DNA of 64,000 bases from positions 102,827 to 166,826 of the forward strand of contig JAXMCA010000002.1 of assembly GCA_046349595.1 (NCBI GenBank). Direction: 5' to 3'. Source of the DNA: Planctomycetota bacterium. Its GTDB lineage: Bacteria; Planctomycetota; UBA1135; UBA2386. A program made the position numbers and the translations under genes. Below are positions 19,141 through 30,394 of the stretch, one piece after another (position 1 is the first letter of the stretch; each line of letters opens with the position of its first letter). The notes under the pieces were generated by a model. The model made no database searches. It saw nothing but the letters and a program-made list of their open reading frames with translations, and was not told where the DNA came from.

Positions 19141-19150
19141 CGAATGCACC

Positions 19151-19723
19151 CTATCGGGGACCCGCGCGCGTCGGCATCGCAGAGTCGGGTTCGCCGGATC
19201 CGACGCTGCGATTCGATCGGGCGACGCGCTCCCTGGAACGGGCGACGAGCACGACGAGGACGAGACCGCCGACGAACCCCGCGAGGTAGCTGGCGTTGTG
19301 CGCCCACAGGTCGGCGATGAAGCCGGCGTGACGACCCTCGGGAATGGCGGTCAGCCACGAGCCGGTCAGCGCCACCTTGCCGGACCGCGCCAGTGCGTAG
19401 CCGAGGAGCCCCGCGGCGAGTGCAAGTGCAGCCATGCATCCGAGGAGGATCGCGATCGGCCGCAGCAGCGACCGGACCGTGCGTCGCGGGCCGCGACCGC
19501 ATCGCGCCGCGATCGCGAGCAGCACGCCGAGCGGCAGGCCCACCCACCAGGTCGCCACGATGCCCCAGCCGATGCCGAGCAGCGTGGGCGACTCGGTCGC
19601 GAAGATCCGCGGGTGGCCGATCGTGAAGTACTCGACGCAGACGCGCGCCGTCACCTGGTCGTGAACGATGCCGTAGACGATCGCCGCGAGGATGCAGGTG
19701 ACGACGATCTTCACGGCTTCCAT
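19151..19723 (-). CDS. Hypothetical integral membrane protein (4 TM)
   Basis: Hydrophobic helices. Its stop abuts the start of the downstream GDSL hydrolase gene, suggesting an operon. Confidence 0.45.
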   Translation of the reverse strand: MEAVKIVVTCILAAIVYGIVHDQVTARVCVEYFTIGHPRIFATESPTLLGIGWGIVATWWVGLPLGVLLAIAARCGRGPRRTVRSLLRPIAILLGCMAALALAAGLLGYALARSGKVALTGSWLTAIPEGRHAGFIADLWAHNASYLAGFVGGLVLVVLVARSRERVARSNRSVGSGEPDSAMPTRAGPR

Positions 19724-19741
19724 GCCGAAGACGCCCCCCGC

Positions 19742-21148
19742 TCAGCGCACGCGCGCCATCCGACTTCGCACCGAAGCATCCACCGCATCGAGCACCTTCG
19801 CGTCGCTCCCCTGCGCCCGCAGTTCGGCGATGCGCTGCAGCACCGCTTCCGCGCCGGACAGCCGTTCGCGACAGTGCTGCATCCAGCGCGCGTGCTCGGT
19901 GGCGCCGAGCGTCTCCGGGTGGTTGCGCGCACGCATGCGGAACAGCAGCTCACCGAGACGCTCGTCCTCGAAGCTGCGCTCGAAGTCGCGCCAGCGATCC
20001 GGGGACGTGGCGTGGATCTCGCGGCAGATGGCGGCATCCTCGTCCTCGACGAAACCCGAGTAGAGCGCCTCGTCGACGTCCACCTGGTTGAGCGGCTCCT
20101 CGTCGAAGACCTCGGCGAGCTTCATCTCCAGCGCGGCGCGGTTCTTCGTGATGGACTCGGCGTGGCGCTCGCACTCGGCCACGTCGAGCCGGATGCGCTG
20201 GATCGAGGCCTCGTCGAGCAGCTTGCGCGGCGCCACGACGGGGCAACGCCCGAAGTGGATGCCCTTGATGCCGAGCGGCTCCTCGTCGGGGTCCTCGCGC
20301 TCCGCTCGAGGCGTGAAGAGACGCGCGCGGAGCTCCTGGACGTCGAGGTCGAGGATGCGCTGCGGATCACGACGCAGGTCGAGACAGAGGATCTGGTTGC
20401 GGAACCGCGGGTGGTCGGTGACGCGCACCACGAGGCTGGTGCAGTAGTCGCTCGCGGGGAAGCGCTGCGTGACGTGGACGAAGGGCTCGCGCTTGAAGGC
20501 GTAGATGCGATCCTGCACCACCGAGCGGTGACGCGCGCCGAGCAGGTAGTCGAACATCGTCTCGCGCGCGCCGCGCAGCTTGCGGGCGAGCGCGTGCGTG
20601 GCACGCACGTCGCCGAGCGCCTCGTGGGCGTCGTGCGGGACGTCGTTGGCGGTCGCGAGCGCCTCCAGCTTGAAGGTCGGCACGCCCGGCTCGACCTTTG
20701 GCCACTCCATGCCCTCGGGCCGCAGGGCGCAGGCGGCACGCAGCACGTCGATCAGGTCGAAACGCGAGTTGCCGTTGCGCGACTCGCGCTCGTAGGGCGG
20801 CAGGAGGTTGCGCCACAGCATGAAGCGCGTGAGCTCGTCGTCGAAGCGCATGCTGTTGAAGCCGGCCGAGCAGGTGCGCGGCTCCGACATCACCTCGAGC
20901 ACGCGGCGTGCGCCCAGGAGCTCGCTGACGGTGCCGGGCCGCTCGGGGTCGAGGCCGGTGACGAGGCAGGCGTCGGGCGACGGCAAGACGTCGGCGGCGA
21001 GCGCGAACTCGACCTGGATCGGATCGCCGATCGGCTCCAGCGCGAGCGTGGTGCGCTGCGCGGCGAAGGACATCGGCCGGTCGCGACGCGGTTCGACGCC
21101 CGTCGTCTCGTAGTCGTGCCAGAGGATGGTCTCTTCCTGGTTCGCCAT
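19742..21148 (-). CDS. sbcB: Exodeoxyribonuclease I (ExoI)
   Basis: N-terminal DnaQ-like exonuclease motif ILWHDYETTGVEPRRDRPMSFAA plus full-length collinearity with ExoI (468 aa from the internal Met). Confidence 0.8.
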   Translation of the reverse strand: MANQEETILWHDYETTGVEPRRDRPMSFAAQRTTLALEPIGDPIQVEFALAADVLPSPDACLVTGLDPERPGTVSELLGARRVLEVMSEPRTCSAGFNSMRFDDELTRFMLWRNLLPPYERESRNGNSRFDLIDVLRAACALRPEGMEWPKVEPGVPTFKLEALATANDVPHDAHEALGDVRATHALARKLRGARETMFDYLLGARHRSVVQDRIYAFKREPFVHVTQRFPASDYCTSLVVRVTDHPRFRNQILCLDLRRDPQRILDLDVQELRARLFTPRAEREDPDEEPLGIKGIHFGRCPVVAPRKLLDEASIQRIRLDVAECERHAESITKNRAALEMKLAEVFDEEPLNQVDVDEALYSGFVEDEDAAICREIHATSPDRWRDFERSFEDERLGELLFRMRARNHPETLGATEHARWMQHCRERLSGAEAVLQRIAELRAQGSDAKVLDAVDASVRSRMARVR

Positions 21149-21255
21149 GACGTGCTCTGCCGGTTTCAGGGGGGTCGGGCAAGGAAAAGGATTTCGGTCG
21201 CCGGCGCAATGCGGCTCTCGATTCCCGCACCGACGGATGCAAGAGTCCCCCGCCC

Positions 21256-23433
21256 ATGCGTCGCGCGGCGACAGCCCTGGTTCCGTTCCTCTGCGCCCCC
21301 CTGTCGCTCCCGAGCCAGGACGTCGCGCACGAGCATCCACGGCCCGAGGTGGCGATCCGCTGCATCGCGAACGACCAGGCCCCGCGCCTCGACGGCTGGC
21401 TCACCGACCCCTGCTGGGCCGACGCGCCGGTGATCGGCGAGCTGCGCCAGTTCGAACCGGTGGACGGTGCGCCGCCCACGCAACGCACCGTGGTGCGCAT
21501 CCTGCACGATGCGACGGCGATCTACCTCGCCATCGAGTGCTTCGACACGTCACCGGGCACCATCCGCGCCACCCAGCGCGCGCGCGACGCGCAGCTCGAC
21601 CCCGACGATCGCGTGGAGTGGTACTTCGACACCTTCCTCAGCCGTCGCAACGCCTACTGGTTCCAGATCGGCGCCGCCGGCTCGCGCGGCGATGCGCTGA
21701 TCGGCGACAACGGTGCACGGTTCACCAAGACCTGGGACTGCATCTGGGACGGGCACTCCCACGTCACCGAACAGGGCTGGCAGGCCGAGGTCGCGATCCC
21801 CTTCCAGAGCCTCGCCTTCGCTCCCGATGAGACCTCCTGGGGCTTCAACCTCCGCCGCGAGCACCGCGCGCTCAACGAGACCGACCAGTGGGCGAACATC
21901 GACCGCAGCTCGAGCTTCTTCCGGATCGGCGAGGCCGGCACCATCACCGGCTTCGGTCCCCGGCGCGGCGGCATCGGACTGGATGTGAAGCCGTACGCCG
22001 CGGCCGGCGCGAGTCGTGAGCGCGCGTCGCCGAGCCGGACGTCGACCGACACCGACGCCGGCCTCGACGTGACCTGGCGCGCCACACCCGGGCTGACCTT
22101 CACCGCCACGACCTTCACCGACTTCGCGGAGACCGAGGTCGACGACCGGCAGATCAACCTCACACGCTTCCCGCTGTTCTTCCCGGAGAAGCGCGACTTC
22201 TTCCTCGCCGATGCGTCGCGCTTCGACTTCGGACCGAGTTCGAACAGCAGCCAGCTCCTGCCGTATTTCTCCAGACGCATCGGTCGCACCGGCGACGGCC
22301 GCGCGATCCCGATCCAGGCCGGGCTCAAGCTGACGGGGCGCGAAGGGCCGTACGGCGTCGGCCTGATGGACGTCCAGCTCGACGGCGTCGACGGTGGCCC
22401 CGATGCACGCAATCTCTCGGTCGCGCGCATCACGCGAGACATCGGGTCGCAGGGCACGATCGGTCTCGTCGCGACGCACGGCGATCCGGTCGGCGACCGC
22501 GAGAACGCGCTGCTCGGCTTCGACTGGAGCCAGAGGTTCACCCACGTGCTGGGCGGCGACCTGCGCACCTCGACCTATGCGATGAAGACCTTCACCTCCG
22601 GCGACGGCGGCGACGGCAACGCGTTCGGCCTCGACCTGGCCGGCAAGAACCGCGACTGGCAATACACGATCGGCGGACGGCGCGTCGACGAGGGCTTCGC
22701 ACCGGCGCTCGGCTTCGCGCAGCGCACCGGCGTGTGGCAGGAGTACAGCTCGATCGACTGGCGGCCGCGTCCCGGCGGCGACGTGCTGCGCAACTTCCGC
22801 TTCGGCACCAGCACCCGCGTCGACGTCCCGATCGGCGAGCAGCCCGACGACCTGCGCTATTCGCTGATCCCGCTCGGCTTCGAGTTCGAGAGCGGCGACA
22901 TGATCCGCTTCATCGTGACGCGCAAGTACGCGCGGCTGCCGGATCCCTTCGAGATCGTCGACGGACTCGTACTCGCACCCGGCGAGTTCTGGACCAACAC
23001 CTTCGACATCGATTCGGCCAGCTCCGTCGGCCGCGACCTCTCGGTGAACGCGCGCTACCGCTGGGGTGGTCTGTACGGCGGCGACGAGCGCGTGCTGACG
23101 CTCGGGATGGACTGGCGCACCGGGCCGCTGCTGATCCTCGGCGCGAAGTACGAGGAGTCGCGCGGCTGCCTCCCCGAGGGCGACTTCGTGACGCGCAATG
23201 CGGAGGCGCGCGTCGATCTGCACTTCTCGCCGGACCTGAGCTGGCGCAACCTCGCGCAGTACGACACCGAGTCGCGCGACCTCGGCGTGCAGAGCCGCCT
23301 GCGATGGACGGTCACACCCGGCTCCGACCTGTTCGTCGTGCTCGGCGCCGGATGGCTGCGGACCGACGACGGCTCACTCCGTCCCACCTCCCAGGACGCG
23401 ACCTTGAAGTTCGCGTGGACCTTCCGCTTCTGA
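21256..23433 (+). CDS. CBM9-like + DUF5916 domain protein, probable outer-membrane beta-barrel
   Basis: 725 aa with a signal peptide. N-terminal carbohydrate-binding family 9-like region followed by a DUF5916-like body. Beta-barrel-like C-terminus ending …WTFRF (terminal Phe). Confidence 0.6.
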   Translation: MRRAATALVPFLCAPLSLPSQDVAHEHPRPEVAIRCIANDQAPRLDGWLTDPCWADAPVIGELRQFEPVDGAPPTQRTVVRILHDATAIYLAIECFDTSPGTIRATQRARDAQLDPDDRVEWYFDTFLSRRNAYWFQIGAAGSRGDALIGDNGARFTKTWDCIWDGHSHVTEQGWQAEVAIPFQSLAFAPDETSWGFNLRREHRALNETDQWANIDRSSSFFRIGEAGTITGFGPRRGGIGLDVKPYAAAGASRERASPSRTSTDTDAGLDVTWRATPGLTFTATTFTDFAETEVDDRQINLTRFPLFFPEKRDFFLADASRFDFGPSSNSSQLLPYFSRRIGRTGDGRAIPIQAGLKLTGREGPYGVGLMDVQLDGVDGGPDARNLSVARITRDIGSQGTIGLVATHGDPVGDRENALLGFDWSQRFTHVLGGDLRTSTYAMKTFTSGDGGDGNAFGLDLAGKNRDWQYTIGGRRVDEGFAPALGFAQRTGVWQEYSSIDWRPRPGGDVLRNFRFGTSTRVDVPIGEQPDDLRYSLIPLGFEFESGDMIRFIVTRKYARLPDPFEIVDGLVLAPGEFWTNTFDIDSASSVGRDLSVNARYRWGGLYGGDERVLTLGMDWRTGPLLILGAKYEESRGCLPEGDFVTRNAEARVDLHFSPDLSWRNLAQYDTESRDLGVQSRLRWTVTPGSDLFVVLGAGWLRTDDGSLRPTSQDATLKFAWTFRF

Positions 23434-23447
23434 CTACGCTGCCGCGC

Positions 23448-23873
23448 ATGGCGCGCCTGTCGCTCGAGATCCCCGCGATCCTGCCCTTCGCCACCGTGAT
23501 CGAGGTGCGCGTGACCGACCTCAACTACGGCGCGCACCTCGGCAACGACGCGATGGTCAGCCTGATCCACGAAGCGCGCTTCCGCTTCCTGGTCAGCCAG
23601 GGCATGTCGGAGGCCGACTGCGGCGGCGCAGCCCTGGTCCTCGGCGACCTCGCCGTGGTCTACCGCGCCGAGTGTTTCGCCGGCGACCGACTGCGCTTCG
23701 AGGTCGGCGTGACCGACGTCGCGCGCGTCGGCTGCGACTTCGTCTACCGCGCGGTGCGCGAACGCGATGCGCGGCTCGTGGTCGAGGCGAAGACCGGGAT
23801 CGTGTTCCTCGATCCGCTGTCGCGCCGCCCCTGCGCCGTGCCCGAGGCGATCCGCGCGCAGGCCGTGGTCTGA
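23448..23873 (+). CDS. Acyl-CoA thioesterase (4HBT/hotdog fold, YbgC-like)
   Basis: 141 aa from the internal Met. Hotdog-fold thioesterase pattern (…[18 protein letters not shown]…). Confidence 0.6.
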   Translation: MARLSLEIPAILPFATVIEVRVTDLNYGAHLGNDAMVSLIHEARFRFLVSQGMSEADCGGAALVLGDLAVVYRAECFAGDRLRFEVGVTDVARVGCDFVYRAVRERDARLVVEAKTGIVFLDPLSRRPCAVPEAIRAQAVV

Positions 23874-23947
23874 CGCCGGCAGTGTCCCGACGCCAGCAAC
23901 GCACTGCACTCGAACCGCGATCGGCACGCGCTACGCTCGCGCGCTCC

Positions 23948-25561
<1,614 letters not shown>

Positions 25562-25577
25562 CAGCGGAGGGTGTGCG

Positions 25578-26384
25578 ATGCTGCGGAAGACGGTGCATCG
25601 TCTGCTCGAGATCGCCGAGGATGGCGATCGCGCCAGTCGCGTGGTCGATGTGGCGCTGGGGATCCTGATCCTCGCCAACGTCGCGGCGCTGATCGTCGAG
25701 TCGATGGAGCCGGACGAGGCGGTGCATCCGCACTTCTACGCCGTCTTCGAGACCTTCAGCGTGGTGGTCTTCGCGGTGGAGTACGCGCTGCGCCTCTGGT
25801 CCGCGCCGGAGGATCCGCGCTTCGTCGGCGCGGGCGGGCGTCTGCGCTACGTGTTCACTCCGACCGCGCTGGTCGACCTGATCGCCATCGCCCCGACCAT
25901 GCTGAGCTGGTTCCTGCCGATGCAGGGCGACCTGCGCGTGGTGCGTGCCCTGCGGCTGTTCCGCATCGCGCGCCTCGCCAAGCTCGGGCGCTACTCGAGC
26001 GCGATGCAGGCGATCGGCGGCGCGATCCGCGAGAAGGCGAGCGAGCTGGCCTCGGTGGTCTTCGTGCTGCTGGTGCTGCTCACCGTCTGCTCGACGATGA
26101 TGTACCACGTCGAACACGAGGCGAACCCGCAGGCCTTCCCGAGCATCCCCGCCGCGATGTGGTGGGGCATCGCCACCCTGACCACCGTCGGTTACGGCGA
26201 CGTGGTCCCCAGCACCGGCTTCGGCAAGGTGCTCGGCGCATCGATCGCCATCCTCGGCATCGGCGTGTTCGCGCTGCCGGCCGCGATCCTGAGCGCGAGC
26301 TTCAGCGACCGCCTGCGCAGCAAGCGCGAGGCGGCGGCACCACGATGCTGCCCGCACTGCGGCGAGCGCATCGATGCCGACTGA
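25578..26384 (+). CDS. Voltage-gated-type potassium channel (6TM, Kv-like)
   Basis: S4 voltage sensor with periodic Arg (LRVVRALRLFRIARLAKLGR). Pore helix plus selectivity filter TTVGYGD. Confidence 0.8.
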   Translation: MLRKTVHRLLEIAEDGDRASRVVDVALGILILANVAALIVESMEPDEAVHPHFYAVFETFSVVVFAVEYALRLWSAPEDPRFVGAGGRLRYVFTPTALVDLIAIAPTMLSWFLPMQGDLRVVRALRLFRIARLAKLGRYSSAMQAIGGAIREKASELASVVFVLLVLLTVCSTMMYHVEHEANPQAFPSIPAAMWWGIATLTTVGYGDVVPSTGFGKVLGASIAILGIGVFALPAAILSASFSDRLRSKREAAAPRCCPHCGERIDAD

Positions 26385-26390
26385 GCGCGC

Positions 26391-27002
26391 TCACCTCACG
26401 AACCACAGCCACACCAGCACCGGCAGCACCGTGCCCGCCGCTGCCGTGAGCAGACCGGCGAGGCGACGCTTCTTCAGGTAGCAGAGCAGCCAGATCCCGG
26501 TCAGGCCCGACAGGGTCACGACAACGGCGGAGACGTCCACGACGATCGACCACGGTCCACCGGTGTCGCGTCCCTTGTGCAGGTCGTCGATGAGGGCGAA
26601 GGTGCCCTTGCGCGTCTCGGTGACCTCGAAGGAGCCGTTGCGACGATCGATCAGCGCATCGGCGGTGTAGCCCGGGCCCTTGAACAGGACGGCGCACTCC
26701 TCGCCGTCGATGCGGAACTCGCTGAGCATCCCGCGCACGCCGGCCTGTGCACGCAGGTGCTCGACGATCGCGAGCTTGTCGACTTCTCTGCCATCGTCGT
26801 CGGGAGTGCCGAGCCACCTGGTCTCGAGCGAGCCCGTCGCCTCGCGTGTGACCTCCGCTCCGCCCTCGAAGTAGTCGGCGTGGTTGAGCGTGAGCCCCGT
26901 GATCCCGAAGAACACGATGACGAGGAAGCCCGCCATCGAGAGGTAGGTGTGCAGCCACCGCACGATCCACGGCAGGCTGCGGCGCGGAGCGCGCTCGCTC
27001 AC
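26391..27002 (-). CDS. PepSY-associated TM helix protein
   Basis: GTG start overlapping the upstream gene's stop (GTGA). PepSY_TM-like N-terminal helix (…WLHTYLSMAGFLVIVFFGITGLTLNH) and a C-terminal TM. Confidence 0.6.
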   Translation of the reverse strand: MSERAPRRSLPWIVRWLHTYLSMAGFLVIVFFGITGLTLNHADYFEGGAEVTREATGSLETRWLGTPDDDGREVDKLAIVEHLRAQAGVRGMLSEFRIDGEECAVLFKGPGYTADALIDRRNGSFEVTETRKGTFALIDDLHKGRDTGGPWSIVVDVSAVVVTLSGLTGIWLLCYLKKRRLAGLLTAAAGTVLPVLVWLWFVR

Positions 27003-28567
27003 TTCGACTTCCTCTCCCCGAAGCTCACGCTGGCGCCGGCGATCTCCTCGTTGCCCTCGATGGCGTGCTGGAACGACGCCTTCGCCACGTGCACGCGCTG
27101 CCGCATGCTCTGGTAGGTGCCGTGCTCGCGCGCCGCCTCGATGCACACCACGTAGTCACCGGGCTTCACCGCCTTGCCGGCGTCGTCGAGGCCGTCCCAG
27201 CCCACCTCGTAGCTGCCCGGCTTGCGCGTGGCGCGGCTCATCGCATCGATGAAGTCCTCGTTGCCGCGATACAGCTTGTACCAACGGCGCAGGTCGGACA
27301 GCCAACGCGGCCGTTCGGCCCACAGCGCGAGCGTGCGCACCGCTTCACCGGATGCGGTCTCGACCCAGATCGCGACATAGGGACGGCGATATCCACCGCG
27401 ACGACCGTTCGACTGCCCCGCGGTCGGATCGCGGATCTCGAGGCCGACGGTGAACTCGAATCCCTGCGGCCACGGCGAAGGATCCTTCGGTCCGCTGGCG
27501 ATCCCCGACGGTCCGCCCTCCTCGGTCGGGTCCGTCGGCCGGGCGAGGAACTCCTTCCAGCCCTTGCTCTCGGTGACCTTGCCGTCGCGCGTGACGACGA
27601 TGCCGGCCGCACCGGTCTCGGCCTCGACGATCGGCAGGCCGTCCTTCGGTCCGAGCACGGCGAGGATCGTGGCGAGCGCGTCGGCGGTGGTCGCATCGGC
27701 CGCGATCACCGTGGCGCCGGCGATGTCGTCGGAGGACCGACCGGTGCGCGGGTCGAGTAGATGCGAGTGATGGACGCCGGACACGTCGAAGCCGCGCGCG
27801 TAGCCGCCGCTGCTGGCGATGGCGCGGTCCTTCAGCCACACGATCGCGAGCGGCGTGGCGTTGTCGGCGGGATGACGCGGATCGGCGACGCCGATCTGGT
27901 GCGGCTCGGCACCGCGCACGCGCAGGTCGCCGCCGATGTCGAGCACGCGCACCGAGGCGTAGCGGCCACGCTTGACCGCGCTGGCCTTCTCGATCACCCA
28001 GCCCTTGGCGAGTGCGTCGACGGTGACCGTCGCTCCCTCCCGCACCTGGAAGCGGCGCGTCGACGGATCGAAGCTCCACGGCGGGTTCTCGAAGTTCGCG
28101 ACGACGGCGCGCAGTCGCTCCGCATCGGGTTCCTTGCCGGACTTCGCCGCATCCTGCCAGAGCGCGGTCAGTGCCGCGACGCCGGGTTCGAAGGCACCCT
28201 TGCTGGCACCGCGCCAGTGTTCACACGCGGTGATCACCTCGGCGAGTGGCTCGGAGACGACCACCGGTGCGTGCGAGTCGATCGCCTTGCGCAACTCGCT
28301 GTCGGCATCCCACGAGTTCACCACCTGTGACAACCGCTCGACCTCCGCGAGCACGTCGGCCTCGAGCTTGTGGGCCTCCGACTCGGTGCGCGCGCGCAGC
28401 GACATCGTCAACGAGGTCCCGAGGATGTTCTCGTGGGAGAACACGTACTCGTCGCTCCCCGGCGACTGGGTCATCACCCGACCGCACAGCGCGAGCGAGA
28501 CGGTCAGCAGCAGTGGCACCGTGCGCAGAGAGTGGAACAGGACGGCGGAGACGCTGGATCCGGACAT
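26999..28567 (-). CDS. apbE: FAD:protein FMN transferase (ApbE) fused to C-terminal DUF2271 domain
   Basis: Signal peptide. ApbE motifs (…TVDALAKGWVIEKA…DIGGDLRVRG…). The C-terminal 150 aa match DUF2271 (RRGGYRRPYVAIWVE…KPGDYVVCIEAAREHGTYQ). It also contains an NqrC/RnfG-like candidate flavinylation motif, DAMSRAT. Confidence 0.75.
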   Translation of the reverse strand: MSGSSVSAVLFHSLRTVPLLLTVSLALCGRVMTQSPGSDEYVFSHENILGTSLTMSLRARTESEAHKLEADVLAEVERLSQVVNSWDADSELRKAIDSHAPVVVSEPLAEVITACEHWRGASKGAFEPGVAALTALWQDAAKSGKEPDAERLRAVVANFENPPWSFDPSTRRFQVREGATVTVDALAKGWVIEKASAVKRGRYASVRVLDIGGDLRVRGAEPHQIGVADPRHPADNATPLAIVWLKDRAIASSGGYARGFDVSGVHHSHLLDPRTGRSSDDIAGATVIAADATTADALATILAVLGPKDGLPIVEAETGAAGIVVTRDGKVTESKGWKEFLARPTDPTEEGGPSGIASGPKDPSPWPQGFEFTVGLEIRDPTAGQSNGRRGGYRRPYVAIWVETASGEAVRTLALWAERPRWLSDLRRWYKLYRGNEDFIDAMSRATRKPGSYEVGWDGLDDAGKAVKPGDYVVCIEAAREHGTYQSMRQRVHVAKASFQHAIEGNEEIAGASVSFGERKSK

Positions 28568-28725
28568 CAGGGCCCGCGAGTGAACGCTCCGGGCGATGGC
28601 GACGCCAGAGCCGCGAAGCTCCCGACCAATTCGTTACGGGGTGACACGCGCGGTGTCGGCTCCGCGGGCTCGGCCGAAAAGCGTCGCCCTGCGGGCCGAC
28701 ACATCGGAAGATCCGGTGCGACGTC

Positions 28726-29307
28726 ATGACGCGGTCCCTCCTCCTGCTCCTCGCCATCACCTCCTTCGGACTCTGCTCGTGCGGCAAGGACGGCACCTCC
28801 GCACCGATCGACGAGACCGCCCGGATCGCTGCCGCGAAGAGGCTCGCGCAACAGGTCGGCGCCAATCTGCTCGCCGAACTCAACCGGGCACTCGAACTGA
28901 AGGACGCGACGACGACGACGGCCCTCGGCGTCTGCAACACCCGAGCGCCGGCGATCGTGCAGACCTCGACCCTCGACGGCCTGCACGTGCGACGCATCGG
29001 CACGCGGGTACGCAACAAGCTGCTCGGCTCCCCCGACGCGCAGGACAAGGAGGCCCTGGCGACCTTCGAGAGCATGCCGCCCGACGCGCTGCTCACCGCG
29101 CAGGAGGTCCGCAGGCCGGACGGCCAATGGCGCCTGTACCTGCCGATCGTGATCCAGACTCCGCTGTGTCTCCGCTGCCACGGCCCCGTCGACCAGATCG
29201 AGCAGGCCGTCAAGGACAAGCTCCTGGAGCTGTATCCGGGTGACGAGGCGACCGGCTACTCGATCGGCGACCTGCGCGGCGCGTTCGTCGTCGAGACGAA
29301 GCAGTGA
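28726..29307 (+). CDS. DUF3365 (Tll0287-like) heme-binding lipoprotein
   Basis: Lipoprotein signal (…FGLCSC). A single CxxCH motif (CLRCHG) near the C-terminus, as in DUF3365 PAS-like heme domains. Confidence 0.55.
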   Translation: MTRSLLLLLAITSFGLCSCGKDGTSAPIDETARIAAAKRLAQQVGANLLAELNRALELKDATTTTALGVCNTRAPAIVQTSTLDGLHVRRIGTRVRNKLLGSPDAQDKEALATFESMPPDALLTAQEVRRPDGQWRLYLPIVIQTPLCLRCHGPVDQIEQAVKDKLLELYPGDEATGYSIGDLRGAFVVETKQ

Positions 29308-29328
29308 AGCCCGCTTGACGACCGGACT

Positions 29329-29952
29329 TTGCCTCGTAAAGTCCGCGCCATGCACCTCGACGACGCGCTCGACAAGCTCGAGGCGATCCATGCGCAGGTC
29401 CTGCGCAGCGAGACCTACCGGGGTTTCCGCGCCCTCCCCACCGCGCTCACCGGAGCGATCGCCCTGTGCGCCGCGGTCCTGCAATCGCGCTTCGCACCGG
29501 CCGCCGACGCGATCGCCTTCGCCCACTGGTGGATGGGAGTCGCGGTGCTCGCCGGCATGGTCGGGGCCAGCGACCTCGTGCTCCACTGGGTACGCGGTGG
29601 GCCGGACGCGCGCTGGCGATCGCTGCAGGTCCTGCGGCAGATCGGCGCGCCGTTCGGAATCGGCGCGCTGTTCACCTTCGCGCTCCTGCAGGTCGGCGGC
29701 GAGGCCGTGACCCTGCTGCCCGGGGTGTGGGCGGCGTGCTTCGGCGGCGCGATCGTCTCGGCGCGACCCTTCCTGCCGGAACGGATCAGCGCCGCCGCCG
29801 GCTTCTACCTGGTCGCCGCGGTGGCGCTGCTGGTTCGCGACCTGCGCACGCCGGTGCCGGAACCACTCGGCATGGGCATCACCTTCGGTGTCGGTCAGCT
29901 GCTCGCGGCCTTCGCGCTGCGCCGCGGCCGGGAGGTCGACGATGGGACGTGA
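29329..29952 (+). CDS. Hypothetical integral membrane protein
   Basis: 207 aa with multiple TM helices. Overlaps the start of the downstream wHTH regulator gene. Confidence 0.45.
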   Translation: MPRKVRAMHLDDALDKLEAIHAQVLRSETYRGFRALPTALTGAIALCAAVLQSRFAPAADAIAFAHWWMGVAVLAGMVGASDLVLHWVRGGPDARWRSLQVLRQIGAPFGIGALFTFALLQVGGEAVTLLPGVWAACFGGAIVSARPFLPERISAAAGFYLVAAVALLVRDLRTPVPEPLGMGITFGVGQLLAAFALRRGREVDDGT

Positions 29953-30325
29953 GCGCAAGACGGTGCGCCCCACGACCCGCGCACCACACGACTACGTGGG
30001 ACTCGATCGCGTGCTGCACGAGAAGGCGCGCCTGGGGATCCTGATCGCGCTGCTCAACCGCAAGGACGGCATCGCCTTCCCCGAGCTGCGCACGCTGTGC
30101 GAACTGACGGACGGCAATCTCAGCCGCCACCTCACGGTGCTGCAGGAGGCCGGGATCGTCGACGTCGAGAAGTCGAACGAGGGACCCCGGCCGAAGACGA
30201 CGGTCCGCCTGTCGAAGACCGGCCGCAAGCAGTTCCTCGCCTACCTCGAGGAGCTCGAGCGGGTCCTGCGCGACGCGCGCGGGGCCCAGAGCCCGGCGAC
30301 CCGCCCCGGCCTGTCGCCGGGCTGA
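29942..30325 (+). CDS. Winged helix-turn-helix transcriptional regulator (ArsR/HTH_20-like)
   Basis: Internal Met MGRERKTV…. The HTH region is HEKARLGILIALLNRKDGIAFPELRTLCELTDGNLSRHLTVLQEAGIV. Confidence 0.55.
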   Translation: MGRERKTVRPTTRAPHDYVGLDRVLHEKARLGILIALLNRKDGIAFPELRTLCELTDGNLSRHLTVLQEAGIVDVEKSNEGPRPKTTVRLSKTGRKQFLAYLEELERVLRDARGAQSPATRPGLSPG

Positions 30326-30394
30326 ACCAAGAAGTGCTCCGCGGGCCGGCCCCACGCCTAAAGACTTTGTGATACCAAGCCGAAGAGGACGACG

